This document shows, piece after piece, positions 1-11,735 of a stretch of DNA of 64,000 bases. The notes under the pieces were generated by a model. The model ran no database searches and had not been told where the DNA came from. It saw nothing but the letters and a program-made list of their open reading frames with translations. Every line of letters begins with the position of its first letter. Position 1 is the first letter of the stretch. This DNA comes from Octopus sinensis (lineage: Eukaryota), in contig NC_042999.1 of the NCBI RefSeq assembly GCF_006345805.1, positions 26,722,001 through 26,786,000 on the forward strand, read 5' to 3'. The position numbers and the translations under genes were made by a program.

Positions 1-63
1 TTGAAGCAGATACTAAAATCTTGCATTTGTTTCATAACATGTGATTTCTCAGAAAAATTCTGC

Positions 64-217
64 ACCTATTGGTCCCATAAATATGTACACATTTGATGTT
101 TTGAACCTTCTCCGTTCAACTCTTTATTTGATTTCCTCTCTTACAAAGATCATATAATTATCTTGTCAACATCCAAGTTGCTACACTACACAAATTATAA
201 ATTTATGGGACACAGGT
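64..217. mobile_element. Possible small MITE-like relic with imperfect terminal inverted repeats
   Basis: acctattggtcccataaatat (64-84) versus reverse complement of ataaatttatgggacacaggt (197-217); the tcccataaa core resembles the left end of the mariner at 1133. Confidence 0.3.
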
Positions 218-958
218 TGAAGGATTCAAGGCAGTTGGGGGTGTGGTTTCTGCTTCATAAACATGTGATTCTTTCTCCAGGGATATACTGGAACTCCAAT
301 TGGCGTGGATGTTGATCTGAGTAATAATTTCAGATTTTATACCCGACCACTCCATAAAATATTTAAGAATAATAATATGAATAATAGATATTAAATAATA
401 TAAAACGTAACTCTTGTGTATCCCAAATTATTCGAAATGAAAGTCTAAAAAGTAAGTTACTAGATTGGTTGTCTGGGATAATACATAGATTGAATGAAAC
501 AAACAACGATAAAGGTGGCTTGTTCCCGTGATGCATTCATTTCCGGTTCCCGTGAGAGTACTACATAAAGGAATAGATACACTAGTTGAACTTTCTGACA
601 TATATTTGTAGTACATAGGTATTACCAAACGCGGATTTTACATTATTTGCAAGATGTAGCTATGTCTACTTTTCGCCGAGGAAAGAAGAGATAAGATAAC
701 ATTCGTTTTATCTTCGTCTCTAATTTTATTTCATTATTTTTTTCTCATTATTATTTCATGTTTATTTCGTATTTGTTTATTCGCAATTCTTTATTCGCTA
801 TTCGTAACTTTTATTCGTAATTTTTACTCGTTTTTTTTCTCTTTAAAATAATTTTTCCTTAAATGTTTTTTTTCTTTAAATGTTTATTCCTTAAATTTTA
901 ATATATATATATATATGTATGTAAGTATATAATGCCCCAGCATTATATATATATATAT

Positions 959-1000
<42 letters not shown>

Positions 1001-1132
1001 GCAAATGCACAGATGGAGAATTAAGTGCGCATTGCTGAATATGATACTGAGAAGCTATTTAATTTATTAAAGGATTTGTAAAATATTCTAAAGAAATATA
1101 AGTGTATTAATTAGTTAATGAATATATATATA

Positions 1133-2377
1133 TATCGTGTCATCCCATAAAGAATGCGATTTTTTCAATTGCATGAAATAATAGTTGATGGGGGACAGGA
1201 TAAACTACGTACATTAACTTGCTATGAACGAAGGTAATAATTTTACCTTGTACTTATTCTTGGTGCAACTTTTGTTGAAGAGTGCAGTTCGATTTTAACA
1301 GTTATTCTTTCGAACGTATAATGGAAATAACAAAGGAGCATAAGCGGCATATTTTGCTTTATGAGTTCCAGAAATGCAACAAAACAACGGAAGGTGTGAG
1401 GAATGCTAATCCACAATAAGTGTAAGAAAGTGTCAACGATGTTTGAAGGAATTTCGAGCCAGAAACTACAGCCTAGAAGACGGCCCTCGTTCTGGAAGAT
1501 CTGTAGAACATGACGAAGACGTCCTGCAAACCCTGGTGGAACAAAATCCCATCATAACTGTTGAGGAACTAGCAGAAAAGCTTGGATTTTCTCATTCAAT
1601 CATTCATCGACTCCTGCGTGCCATTTGAAAATTCAGCAAATTAGGTCAATGAATTCCTCACAAACTTTCCGAGTCTAATCATGCGCAGAGAGTTAATGTG
1701 TGCTCTTCTTTGCTGTCACGTCACACAAATAAACCTTTCTTGGGTGGAATAGTGACTGGTTACGAGCAATGAGTTCTCTATCAAAATAGCAAGCGCCGAA
1801 GACAGTGGGTAGGGAAAGGAGAATCACTGAAACCCTAGGCTAAAGAAGGTCATCACCCACGTAAGGTGTTGTTATCTGTTCGGTGTGATACATCCACTGA
1901 ACTTTTAAACCAAAAACCAATAATAAAGGACATCTACTGCGAACAACTTGAGCGGGTTACGTCAGCGCTAGACGAAATATGACCATCTTTGTTTTCAAGA
2001 CGAAAGGTGGTTTTCCATCAGAATAATGCTGGGCATATACAGCGAGGATAACACTCCAAAGGCTGGAGTAGTTTAAATTGGAAACGATACCCCACACACC
2101 ATATTTGGTGGACATTCTCGCATATGCTTATTATTTATTCTGCAGTCTTCAAAATGTTTTGGACGGGAAAAATAGGAATTCTGTAGACGAGGTCGGAACA
2201 GTATTGGGGAGGTATTTTTCGTCAGGATTAAGTGAATTTTGGAATAGGATCCTTGCAAGTCAACCACATAGATCGATGAGAATTCTAAAATGAAGAAGAG
2301 TATATTTTAGATTAAAAAATAATTTTGTTTATTTAATTTCGAAAAATAAACAGAATTATTCATGGAATGACTCATAA
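1133..2377 (+). mobile_element. Decayed full-length mariner (Tc1/mariner) transposon, about 1.25 kb
   Basis: Imperfect TIRs (gtcatcccataaagaat near 1138-1155 / attattcatggaatgac near 2355-2371) flanked by TA; internal transposase remnant. Confidence 0.88.
1321..2293 (+). pseudogene. Mariner transposase pseudogene (stops, frameshifts, catalytic residues mutated)
   Basis: MEITKEHKRHILLYEF start, LEDGPRSGR HTH linker, *IPHKL (WVPHEL), IVTGYEQ*VLY (DEKW), HQNNAG (HDNA), PHTPY..DILAYAYYLF (YSPDLAPSDY). Confidence 0.9.
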
Positions 2378-2414
2378 TATATATATATGCATAGATACAT
2401 CCATATGTATGTAT

Positions 2415-2550
2415 GCGCAGGAGTGATTGTGTGGTAAGCAGCTTGCTTACCAGCCACATGGTTCCTGGTCCAGTCTTCTTCTATAGCCTCGAGCCGACGA
2501 AATCATTGTGCGTGGAATTGGTAATCAAACGGCGGAAACAAGTACACGAT
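2415..2550 (+). mobile_element. tRNA-derived SINE family A, 5' fragment
   Basis: gcgcaggagtgattgtgtggtaagcagcttgcttaccagccacatggttcc matches the head of the full copies at 8808 and 18660. Confidence 0.75.
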
Positions 2551-2620
2551 TATATATATATATATATATATATATATAGGTGAGAAAGTTGGTGTGTGAA
2601 AGAACGTGGTTGAATATATA

Positions 2621-2969
2621 GAAAATAGTAAACAGTGAAAAAACTACAGAAGGCTTGTTTTAAAAGGTTAAAAATATATATTTGAGTCATTATGTCTGAA
2701 GAAGGCAAAAAATATTAAGCGATTATCTCCCTTACACCTGAATAAATCACTTATTACCTCCCCTTATCTGGAACTCTTTCTTCACACTTCTCAACGTAAA
2801 CATAACGATGTAAGAAATTTGAAAAGCTGAACGCGAAACCGGTCTTTCTTCAAAAACTATGTCATTGTATGAAAAAAATTTATAACATTCTTCAGACATA
2901 ATGACTCAAATATATATTTTTTAACCTTATAAAACAAGCCTTCTGTAGTTTTTTCACTTTTTACTATTT

Positions 2970-2971
<2 letters not shown>
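2621..2971. repeat. Foldback: about 83-bp inverted arms (2621-2703 / 2888-2971) between microsatellites
   Basis: gaaaatagtaaa...gagtcattatgtctgaagaa is the reverse complement of ttcttcagacataatgactc...tttactattttc. Confidence 0.9.
2812..2850 (+). ncRNA. Degenerate minimal hammerhead ribozyme motif
   Basis: aagaaa t TTGAAAA gc tgaac gc GAAA c cg GTC tttctt: 6-bp stem I, 2-bp stem II, palindromic accggt helix III; core differs from CUGANGA at two positions. Confidence 0.35.
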
Positions 2972-3060
<89 letters not shown>

Positions 3061-3291
3061 TACATTTAATATAGGATAACATTTTTTTCGAAAACAAATT
3101 TTTATCAAGGGCCAGCATATTAAAAAATACCTTTAAAATTTAAAATTATAAACAACTTATAAATAAGTGCAAACGAAAAAATTTCTAAAGCCAAATATGC
3201 CGAAAAATTGGACATATTGTCCATTACCATATAATTTGTCACAATACGCACGCAAAAAAAAGCCGACAGAAATATCTAAAAAATTCCATTA

Positions 3292-3351
3292 TTACCATAT
3301 CGGACCGATTTCAGGATTAGTTCGTAAGAACCCTTCCTTCGTCAGTGATAA
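3292..3351 (-). ncRNA. Type I hammerhead ribozyme (left arm)
   Basis: Minus strand: ttatca CTGACGA agga-agggttcttacgaactaa-tcct GAAA tcggtccga TA tggtaa; stem I ttatca/tggtaa (one GU), stem II agga/tcct plus gttc/gaac, near-palindromic helix III, AUA site. Confidence 0.75.
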
Positions 3352-3393
3352 ATTTGACAAAGAAATAAATGAGATACTTACTCATACCCACAG

Positions 3394-3453
3394 TTATCAC
3401 TGACGAAGGGAGGGTTCATACGAACTAACCCTGAAATCGGTCCGATACGGTAA
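3394..3453 (+). ncRNA. Type I hammerhead ribozyme (right arm)
   Basis: ttatca CTGACGA(3400-3406) aggg-agggttcatacgaactaa-ccct GAAA(3433-3436) tcggtccga TA cggtaa; AUA at 3445-3447; A-C mismatch at the stem I base. Confidence 0.68.
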
Positions 3454-3594
3454 TAATGGAATTTTTAGAAATTTCTGTCGGCTTTTTTTCGAGTAGCGTG
3501 CGTATTGTGATAAATTATATGGTAATGGACAATATGTCCAAATTTCGGCATATTTGGCATTAGCAATTTTTTCGTTTGCCCTTATTTATAAGTT

Positions 3595-3636
<42 letters not shown>

Positions 3637-3719
3637 TATATATACACTAGACAACATGTATCTCTAAGTCTCCCAGTAATGGGGTTTTGTTCTGTGGGCT
3701 ATTTTCACTTCCACGTTAT

Positions 3720-3856
3720 TTCCTAGGCTGTAAATGAAATCACGCGTAAACGGCTCCTTTCCCCAGAAAGGAAAGATTGCGCTGCTATTCCTTGCTCGCC
3801 CTGCTACGGCGTAACAGTCATTTCCGGTCCTTTATCGCAAATCTCTGGCGGTAAGA
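3720..3856 (+). promoter_or_regulatory. Candidate CpG-richer promoter / non-coding first exon
   Basis: Local CpG enrichment, ETS-like atttccggt near 3819-3827, and splice-donor-like GCG|GTAAGA at 3851. Confidence 0.22.
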
Positions 3857-4390
3857 TACGTTGAATGCACTCGAAAAAATCTATGGAAAAAAATATTTCA
3901 CACTGAGGTTACGAACGGGTCTTTAAGAAAATATTTAGCGTATTCTTTCACTTTAGAATATTTTTCAGATATTCCACAAAAACATTTTGTAATGGTATTC
4001 ACTTAAAAATAATTTTAAAAAAAACATCACAATATTGTCTATTTAAAGAAACCTGAAATATGAATACTTATTGTACAAACAGCTTATATTTTTTAAAATC
4101 ACGTTCACTTAAAAATATTTCCAAGTGATTAAAATATTTGTGTTTAACAAATTCGAAAATAGAAACATTTACTGAAGAAAAACTCGTATTTTTCTTTGTC
4201 AAGTCGCTGTGTCTAATGGAAAGATAAGAGCTTCTTCCCTTTCAGGATGAAGATTATTTGCGAAATATTTTCCCATTATGCACCGTTTTGGATATTTAAA
4301 GCTCAAAATCTGAAATATCTTGAAAACTGCTTATCTGATTTACATGAAACTTGCTATATTATGTTTTGTAACATTTCATGGTAAACTTAA

Positions 4391-4448
4391 TTGATAGTAT
4401 TTTTCCATAATGCGTCATTCAAACTGACTTTTAATGTATTATACACAT

Positions 4449-4486
<38 letters not shown>

Positions 4487-4508
4487 ACACACCACACACA
4501 CACACACA

Positions 4509-4556
<48 letters not shown>

Positions 4557-4637
4557 CATTAAAAGTCAGTTTGAATCTTGCTTACTTGGTTGCAATGTTA
4601 CTCATCCAAGCTACCGCATAATAGGAAAATGCTATCA
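4391..4637. repeat. Nested inverted repeats enclosing a (CA)n(TA)n microsatellite
   Basis: Perfect 25-bp arms 4418-4442 / 4551-4575; outer imperfect arms 4391-4414 / 4616-4637. Confidence 0.85.
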
Positions 4638-4648
4638 TTAAAATACTA

Positions 4649-5057
4649 TCATTAAAATTTGTTTATGAAATCATGTATAGTTCAATAATCAAATTTACAA
4701 ACTGTCTTCATAATATTTTAATTAGAATAGATGACGAAGTTCACTTTTTAATTTCATTCAGTTAATGTTATATTATATATATATATATATATAATATATA
4801 TATAATATATATATATAGATATATATATATATATATATATATTATACATACATATATAATATATATGCACATATACATCCATACATACACACACACACAC
4901 ACACATACACATATATATATATATATATATTATTTAACATTAACTGAATGAAATTAAAAAATAAACTTCGTCATCTGTTCAAATTAAAATATTATGAAGA
5001 CAGTTTGCAAATTTGATTATTGAACTATTCATAATTTCATAAACAAGTTTTTAATGA
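4649..5057. repeat. Foldback with about 120-bp arms enclosing a (TA)/(CA) microsatellite
   Basis: 4649-4770 is the reverse complement of 4935-5057 (aaactgtcttcataatattttaatt / aattaaaatattatgaagacagttt). Confidence 0.9.
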
Positions 5058-5847
5058 ATTACTCACTATCGAGGATTTTTTCCGAAATATGCTCCGATCG
5101 ATTAGAAGTCAATTAGAATACGTATCGTTAAAGCTTCTTCAAAAACGCATTGATTGTCTAATACTACGTATACTGCCGGATAATCTCGTTTAAGTTTATA
5201 ATCTAACGAGCCATTGCCCAATTATAAATATCCATTGCATGTTATATTTACACTTTCACTGTTGTATTTATAATTACCTTTTTGATGCATTTTATATTTA
5301 AATATTTCATATCAGACTTCCACAGTGAAACATTTATCATTAATGCCCTACAATTGGAATACAAACTTAATCACCGTATTATTTAAAGGTAATATTCCAC
5401 ATAGATTATTCTGTATACTGGAGCGAATCTTAAATACTATTTATAAAATCTTTGACATGCTAGGCACCTGATGTCTCTATCACATTCCTTGAAAAGTAAT
5501 TGAGAGACAATTCAAGCACCAAATTTGAAATGGGTTTTCTAAACTAGTAGCAGCCACTAACTGTTGCAGGAAATTAGTAATAATGGTACAACCCTCCTTC
5601 GTGTAGAATGGAATAAACTAGTCACTATAAGGAAAGAGAAGTATGTGACTTACGAGAGTACGTAGCAGTCTGTGTTATGGTTAAAATCCTTGTAATTCCG
5701 TGGAAGTAAGTAATGTTATAATTGTAATAATATATTTGTTGAAGGTCTCCCCTCGTCGTTGTAGTAATGATTATTGATTGTTGCTGTTACTGCTAGAAAT
5801 ACTGTTACTGTTGTTGTTGACTTGTTTTCGTGCATTTTGTCAGAAAA

Positions 5848-7557
5848 CGGAGAAAGTGCCAGCGGGAAGCCACATTTATGCGGCAGCAACTGGTAGAGGA
5901 GTAGAAGTTGAAGCTTTGGAGGTGCGTGAAGTACAATTTCAGCCGAAGATGAAAGAATGTGAGAAAATACTGAAAAGGGAGGGAACCACGTTAAAATTGA
6001 CGCTGGTTGAGAACTTCACAAGCAGTGTAAACAAGAGAACGGTTATTTTTAAAACTGAGGTTATCATTAAGGAAGATCCAAAGAGCAATAATTGAGGTTA
6101 TTGAGAATTGCTTCAAGGACATTAAGTAGCTGACCACGTTCATCACACGTGGATGTGGGTATGGCCATATGAACGGAAGAATGGGTACTTTTGCGACGTA
6201 CTGTGGCAAGCGTGTTGCCAAGGTGAGAGTTGGCAAAGTATCCCTAGAGATAGAGGAAACATGACTGAGGGCAGCCATAATGTTTAACATGGAGGAGGAT
6301 GCCAAGATACTCAAGGCAACGAGAATAGGTTGAATTATTGGGGTATGGAATGGAGATGGCCATACAAGCGAGTTTGGAAAACCTCAACAAAATTGCAGAA
6401 GAAATAGTTCTGCCCGAGAATGTAAGACTGAGAGTGGTGATGGAGGGTAAACTTCCCATATGCTTCTCATGTGGAGAGAAATACGACATGAAGGCGAGGT
6501 GCCCCTAGAGAGAAAAGGAACAACAGATGGAACAGACTGAGGGGCTGGAGAGTGTGGACCAGATGGTACAAGTTGAGGTAGAGTAAGAGGTTGTGAAAGA
6601 AGTCAGACGGGGGGAAGCTGAAAAGATGGTTGACACGTGGATTGAAAAGGAGCTTGAAGAGGAGCTCGAGGAGGAGATTAAGGAGACAGTAGGAAAGACA
6701 CTGGTTATACCATTGGAGGAAAGGGATTTTGGAGAACAAGTGTATGAGGGTGAAATGGCAAGACTATTCAGAGTGGAGGAGGAAAAAGAAAACGTACCAA
6801 TAGTAGAGCGGGAAATGGAAAAACAAGTTAGAAAGGCGGAAAAATACCGATGGAATTTTGTTACAAATGCTAAAAATAAAGAAACTGAACGAAAAATAAT
6901 GAAATTTAAGTCTAACATACGAGTGACGCTACCCACAGATATTTACTCAGAGAACGTGATGGCCATTGTGGTCGACAAGGAGAGGTACAACAGGTTGAAA
7001 GATATGTGTGGAAGAGGAATTTTTGTTAAAGTGTTAGAGAGAGAGGTTGGGAAGGAAGTCAGATGGGAGGAAGTTGAGAAGATGATTGACAAGAATATTT
7101 CTGAAAAGGAGCTTGAAGAGGGGCTCGAGGAAGAGTTTCAGGAGCAAAGATACTAGTTATAACAGTGGAGGAAAAGGATTTAAGCGAACAAGTGTATGAG
7201 AGTGAAATGGCGAAACTGTTCAGGGTGGAGGAGGAAAAAGAAAAAGTAACAGGAGTAGAGTAAAAAAAAGGAAAAACAAGCAAAGGAAAAAGAGAAAAAT
7301 ACCGATGGAATTTTGTGACAAACGCTAAAAATAAAGAAACTGAGCGGAAAATAATGAAATTTAAGTCCATTATAAGGGTAAAGTTGCCCTCAGATGTTTA
7401 TACGGAGAACGTGAAGACCCTTGTGGTCGACAAGGAGAGGTACAACATGTTGAAAGATATGTGGGGAAAAGGAATTGATCCGCCAGGAGTAACGGTGGAA
7501 TTTGATGAATTGCCACCAGTGGTAGAATTGCAAGAACTTGAAACTTTTATGAATTAA
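5848..7557 (+). pseudogene. Gag/ORF1-like zinc-knuckle ORF of a non-LTR element, no RT downstream (copy 1)
   Basis: ...IAEEIVLPENVRLRVVMEGKLPICFSCGEKYDMKARCP (knuckle 6461-6502, H to D), acidic linker, duplicated C-terminal domain, stop at 7557 then AATAAA and an A-rich tail; homologous to 19798-20900. Confidence 0.75.
6588..7472 (+). repeat. Diverged about 455-bp tandem duplication of the C-terminal coding region
   Basis: EKELEEELEEE...EKYRWNFVTNAKNKETERKIMKFKS...VVDKERYN.LKDM occurs twice (about 6588-7020 and 7045-7472). Confidence 0.92.
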
Positions 7558-7787
7558 AAATAAAGCATAAAATAAGTAAAATAGCAACAGAATAAAATTG
7601 TTTAATTTTTAAAAAAGAGAAAAAGAGAAGTAAAAATGAACGATTGTAAACTGCATTTAAACGTTCAAATGGCACTGCATTAGATTGGGGCTGATGCAAC
7701 CATTTCATTTCCATTATTATATAACATCTTCATTTTCATTCATTTTATGTTTTTCGTTCCCTCTATGGTGTTCTGTCTGTCCCCTCT

Positions 7788-8972
7788 GTGTAATGGCCGT
7801 AGTGCCAAAATAGAGAAAGAGTACGTAGTAGGCAGTCGGAGATGATCGTGTCTTTATTAGTGTCTTTATTAGTATACTGGGCATATACCAATCGAACATT
7901 TTAACGATATAACAGTGGCGATGAGGATTTAATAACTCACGATGAATTAAAAACTCACGAGGTATCAACAAACTTACAAACGTTTTAGTTGTGCTAATTT
8001 TACGAATAAAGTATCGTAAAATTATGGAAAATTTGTTGGCCGGTTTGCTCGAGTTACAAGAACAGCAACAGCAACAAATGAAAGAACGACAACAGCAGCA
8101 CCTACAACTGAAAGAACAACAGCTGAAGCAACAACAACAGCGCCTACAATAACTGAAAGAACAACAACAGCAGCAGATACAACTGGAAGAGCAACAATAA
8201 AAGCGACAACAACAACAAAAAATAATATTACAGCAACGGATGCTGCAATTGCAGAAGTCATCAGGAAAGTCAGAAAAAGTATTCTTAACGAAGAAGATAT
8301 GAGCAAATCCTCGATAAAGAATGTAAAGCTGGGGACGACGAGAGGAAACCGCGCTTAATCCTAAGAAAACTGGTGGCAGCAGAAAAATGAGCTTTACAGT
8401 AATTATGTAGTCCCAAGAAAACTTACGGAGATAAACTTTAATGTCGCAACATATATATTGTGTAAAGTCTGCTGTGAAAAAAGCTCGTTGTTCAAGACAC
8501 ATTGGAAGTGTCTGGATATAGAAAACAATACAACGACGAGGACTACATAACATATACTGGTAGAGTAAACAGAGAATGCGAGAAGTTCAGCTGGACGAAT
8601 TAACGTGAAATGTGTTCAAATGGCTGATTTTTAAACAGGGACTATCTGCCGAAAAGAACGCAGAATTTAACGCTAGGATTCTCGCGAAGCTGGAAGAAAA
8701 GCAGGTCGTATCACTACAGCAAGTGTCAGAAGAAATTGAAAGGATAGTGAAATTAAGACACGACACAGAAGAAATTGATCGTAAAGATTGTTTCCAAGTA
8801 AAACGAGGGCGCAGGAGTGGCTGTGTGGTAAGTAGCTTGTTTACCAACCACATGGTTCCGGGTTCAGTCCCACTGCGTGGCACATTGGGAAGGTGTCTTT
8901 TACTATAGTCTCGGGCCGACCAAAGCCTTGTGAGTGGATTTGGTAGACGGAAACTAAAAGAAGCCCGTCGTA

Positions 8973-9010
<38 letters not shown>

Positions 9011-9790
9011 TGTGTGTGTTTGTGCGTCTGTGTTTGTCCCACTAGCATTGCTTGACAACCGATGCTGGTGTGTTTATGTCCCCGTTACTTAGCGGTTCGG
9101 CAAAAGAGACCGATAGAATAAGTACTGGGCTTACAAAAGAATAATTCCCTGGTCGAGTTGCTCGATTAAAGGCGGTGCTCCAGCATGGCCGCAGTCAAAT
9201 GACTGAAACAAGTAAAAGAGTAAAAGAGTAAAGAGAGAGATATAGTCGGAATACATATAAAGTATTTTCTAAAAAATACGACAAATGTTAGGAAATAAAC
9301 TGATGTTTTGCGTGTTGGCGTTTACACCTGAGGAAAAAAGTGTTCGCTTAAAGCAGCAGAGTGTATAAAGGTGCACTGTAAAACGAAGGCCACAAAATGT
9401 CAGAACAAAGGGAAAAGAATCAATAGCATGTCATTAGAAGAAATTGGTAATATAATGATGAGGAAATTTCTGAAGATGAAAATCAGAAATGCAAGTGTTA
9501 AAATGCAATTGGAGACTGGTAGCAATATCACCATTATAAACGAAACGCTTAGAAATATGTTGGTAAGCTGAAATCAATTAAATCGAAAAAGTTGGTACAT
9601 GGTGTAACGGGAAAAAGATTATATCATTTCGGTGAATTCATATTTAATGTAAACTTTCGACTTCAAACGAAAAAGGCAAAGATATATGTGATAAAAAGTT
9701 CATCTAACGTATTTCGGAACACAGGGGATGGAACTATTCTAAGTATGGAATACGTCCATAAGTGTTTTGTATAATCAAATGAAGCAATAA
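7788..9790 (+). mobile_element. Gypsy LTR retrotransposon 5' remnant (LTR end, PBS, gag, protease), interrupted by a SINE
   Basis: LTR-like end ...taaca at 7914, PBS tggcgatgagg at 7916-7926, ATG at 8024 with Q-rich N-terminus, RVNRECEKFQLDELT..FKWLIFKQGL...RILAKLE gag, protease VKMQLETGSNITIIN near 9500 (DTG to ETG); LTR start approximate. Confidence 0.85.
8808..9236 (+). mobile_element. SINE family A, full length (tRNA head, CORE-like ttgggcaagtg-type segment, internal TA/TG microsatellite, (gagtaaaa)n tail)
   Basis: A box tggctgtgtgg, B box ggttcagtccc; inserted in the Gypsy gag. Confidence 0.92.
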
Positions 9791-10140
9791 ATTGGCAGAA
9801 ATGTCATTTTGCCAAACAGAATGCCTTCCAAAACTTGTTACAGCACTTCAAGTCCTGAGTGCAAGGCCCACACATAGAATTTCGCCCTTGATCATTCATG
9901 TAACGATGATGAAATGTGCCATGAAAGAACTACGTTCGCCAATTTTGAGTTTTCTTAACTTTCAAATTATTGCTCTTATGATTCTCTTAAATGCCGTTGA
10001 GGCAAGATTGATTTCCAACTTTTTTGAAAATGTAGCAGACATTCTGCTTCTTGCCACATCGTAATAAATATGTCTGATATTTTAAAAACAGAATTCGACA
10101 TACATGTGCAAAGATGTATATTATGACATTCCATTAATAA

Positions 10141-10526
10141 CTCTTTTACTCTTTACTTTTTTACTTGTTCCAGTCATTTGACTGCGGCCATGCCTTTAGT
10201 CGAGCAACTCGACCCTGGGACTTATTCTTTGTAAGCCCAGTACTTATTCTATCGGTCTCTTTTGCCGAACCGCTAAGTGACGGGGACGTAAACACACCAG
10301 CATCGGTTGTCAAGCAATGCTAGGGGGACAAACACACACACATACACATATATACATACATATACATATATACGACAGGCTTCTTTCAGTTTCCGTCTAC
10401 CAAATCCACTCACAAGGCATTGGTCGGCCCGGGGCTATAGCACTTGCCCAAGGTGCCACGCAGTGGGACTGAACCCGGAACCATGTGGCTGGTTAGCAAG
10501 CTACTTACCACACAGCCACTCCTGCG
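10141..10526 (-). mobile_element. SINE family A, near full length
   Basis: Reverse complement of the 8808 copy, from the ctcttttac tail to cacagccactcctgcg. Confidence 0.92.
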
Positions 10527-11692
10527 TTGTTAACTTTTTACTGAAAGATGTTTGGTAATCTATTAGAAATGTAGTACTGGATGTTCATTGATCGAAGGAT
10601 TAATTCGTGATCCAGTTTGACACCACAATTTGACGGAATATTGGTTTTATTGCGATCCTATTTCATGACTTTACTCTCGCTATTTTTCTTTCCACCAGTA
10701 TCGCAGCATTGAAAAGGCTTACAGGCACTTCCTTCTGTTCTCTGTCTACGACACTAAAATAAAATACAATATTGGTTTTTAAGCTTAGCCTATATGAAAC
10801 AGTATGCTTGAGACCTTCAGCCAGGAGATTTTTGCTCAAGCTCTATGAGAATCCTGCCACTCAGTATGAATTTATGTACAGGTAGATTGTTATGGATATG
10901 ACATTTCTAGCATCATTTCATTAATATAAATAGCAACGATAGCTGCCAATGTATTTATCACTTGATGTATTATTGCATGCATTAAGAAAAAATAAAGTGT
11001 TGCTAATTTGGATCTCGTATACAGTAAAAGCTAACTTGCTGCAGGATTGTATTTAAAATCTATATGGAAATAGAAGGCCACTGCACATGGTTTCGTTCAA
11101 TTCTGTAACAACTATGAATATATCGCAGCGAATATTTTAGAAAAAAATGAAAATCGATCATTTTAGAACATTCTTGAATTAGCGGATGAGTTGAGATCGT
11201 CACTCAAAACCAGGTGATATGTTTGTGGGAACGTCCATGATTTAAAACCTTTCTCAAGCTAAGCCAACACTCATATTCATGTCTTTTGTACCAAATTAGA
11301 AACATCTTTTAATATGTAGAGAAAGGAACGACTGGTTGAATATATTATGTATTTCAGTAAGTAAGATGTTTTTCCCAGCTAAGGAAAAGCAATTAATTAT
11401 ATTCCACGAAACCAAATAAGCCGCTGCTCACTACACTCGTAACTGATAGAAAGCTGCGTAAGTGATACAAAGAGGGAACAATATCGGATAAAAAATAGAG
11501 CGTGAAATCCTCTTCCTGGTAATGATCAATAATCGATTGCATACTTTATGATTGATAATTGAACTTTAAAAAAATCGTGAAATTATAGTCCATACATCCT
11601 TCTATATGCTTTGCTGTATAGACACAATCATATAGTCACAAACTCACACTAACATAGAAACACACATAGATATATGCATATATATATGTATA

Positions 11693-11735
<43 letters not shown>

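Larger units (their letters stand above)
3148..3600. repeat. Long foldback: about 205-bp inverted arms (3148-3351 / 3394-3600) with 42-bp spacer; Penelope-pLTR-like
   Basis: Arms are near-identical reverse complements from ataaacaacttataaataag to gtcagtgataa; followed by (TA)n. Confidence 0.95.

Noticed and set aside
5070-5105. CTATCGA ggattttttcc GAAA motif
   Set aside because: Stem II is good, but the core, stem III and stem I do not fit
6505-6936. Ser/Phe-rich minus-strand ORFs (also 7059-7370 and 20510-20875)
   Set aside because: Antisense to the purine-rich Gag-like ORF
7717-8553. 278-aa Cys-rich ORF on the minus strand
   Set aside because: Antisense shadow of the CAA/CAG-rich (poly-Gln) N-terminus of the Gypsy gag
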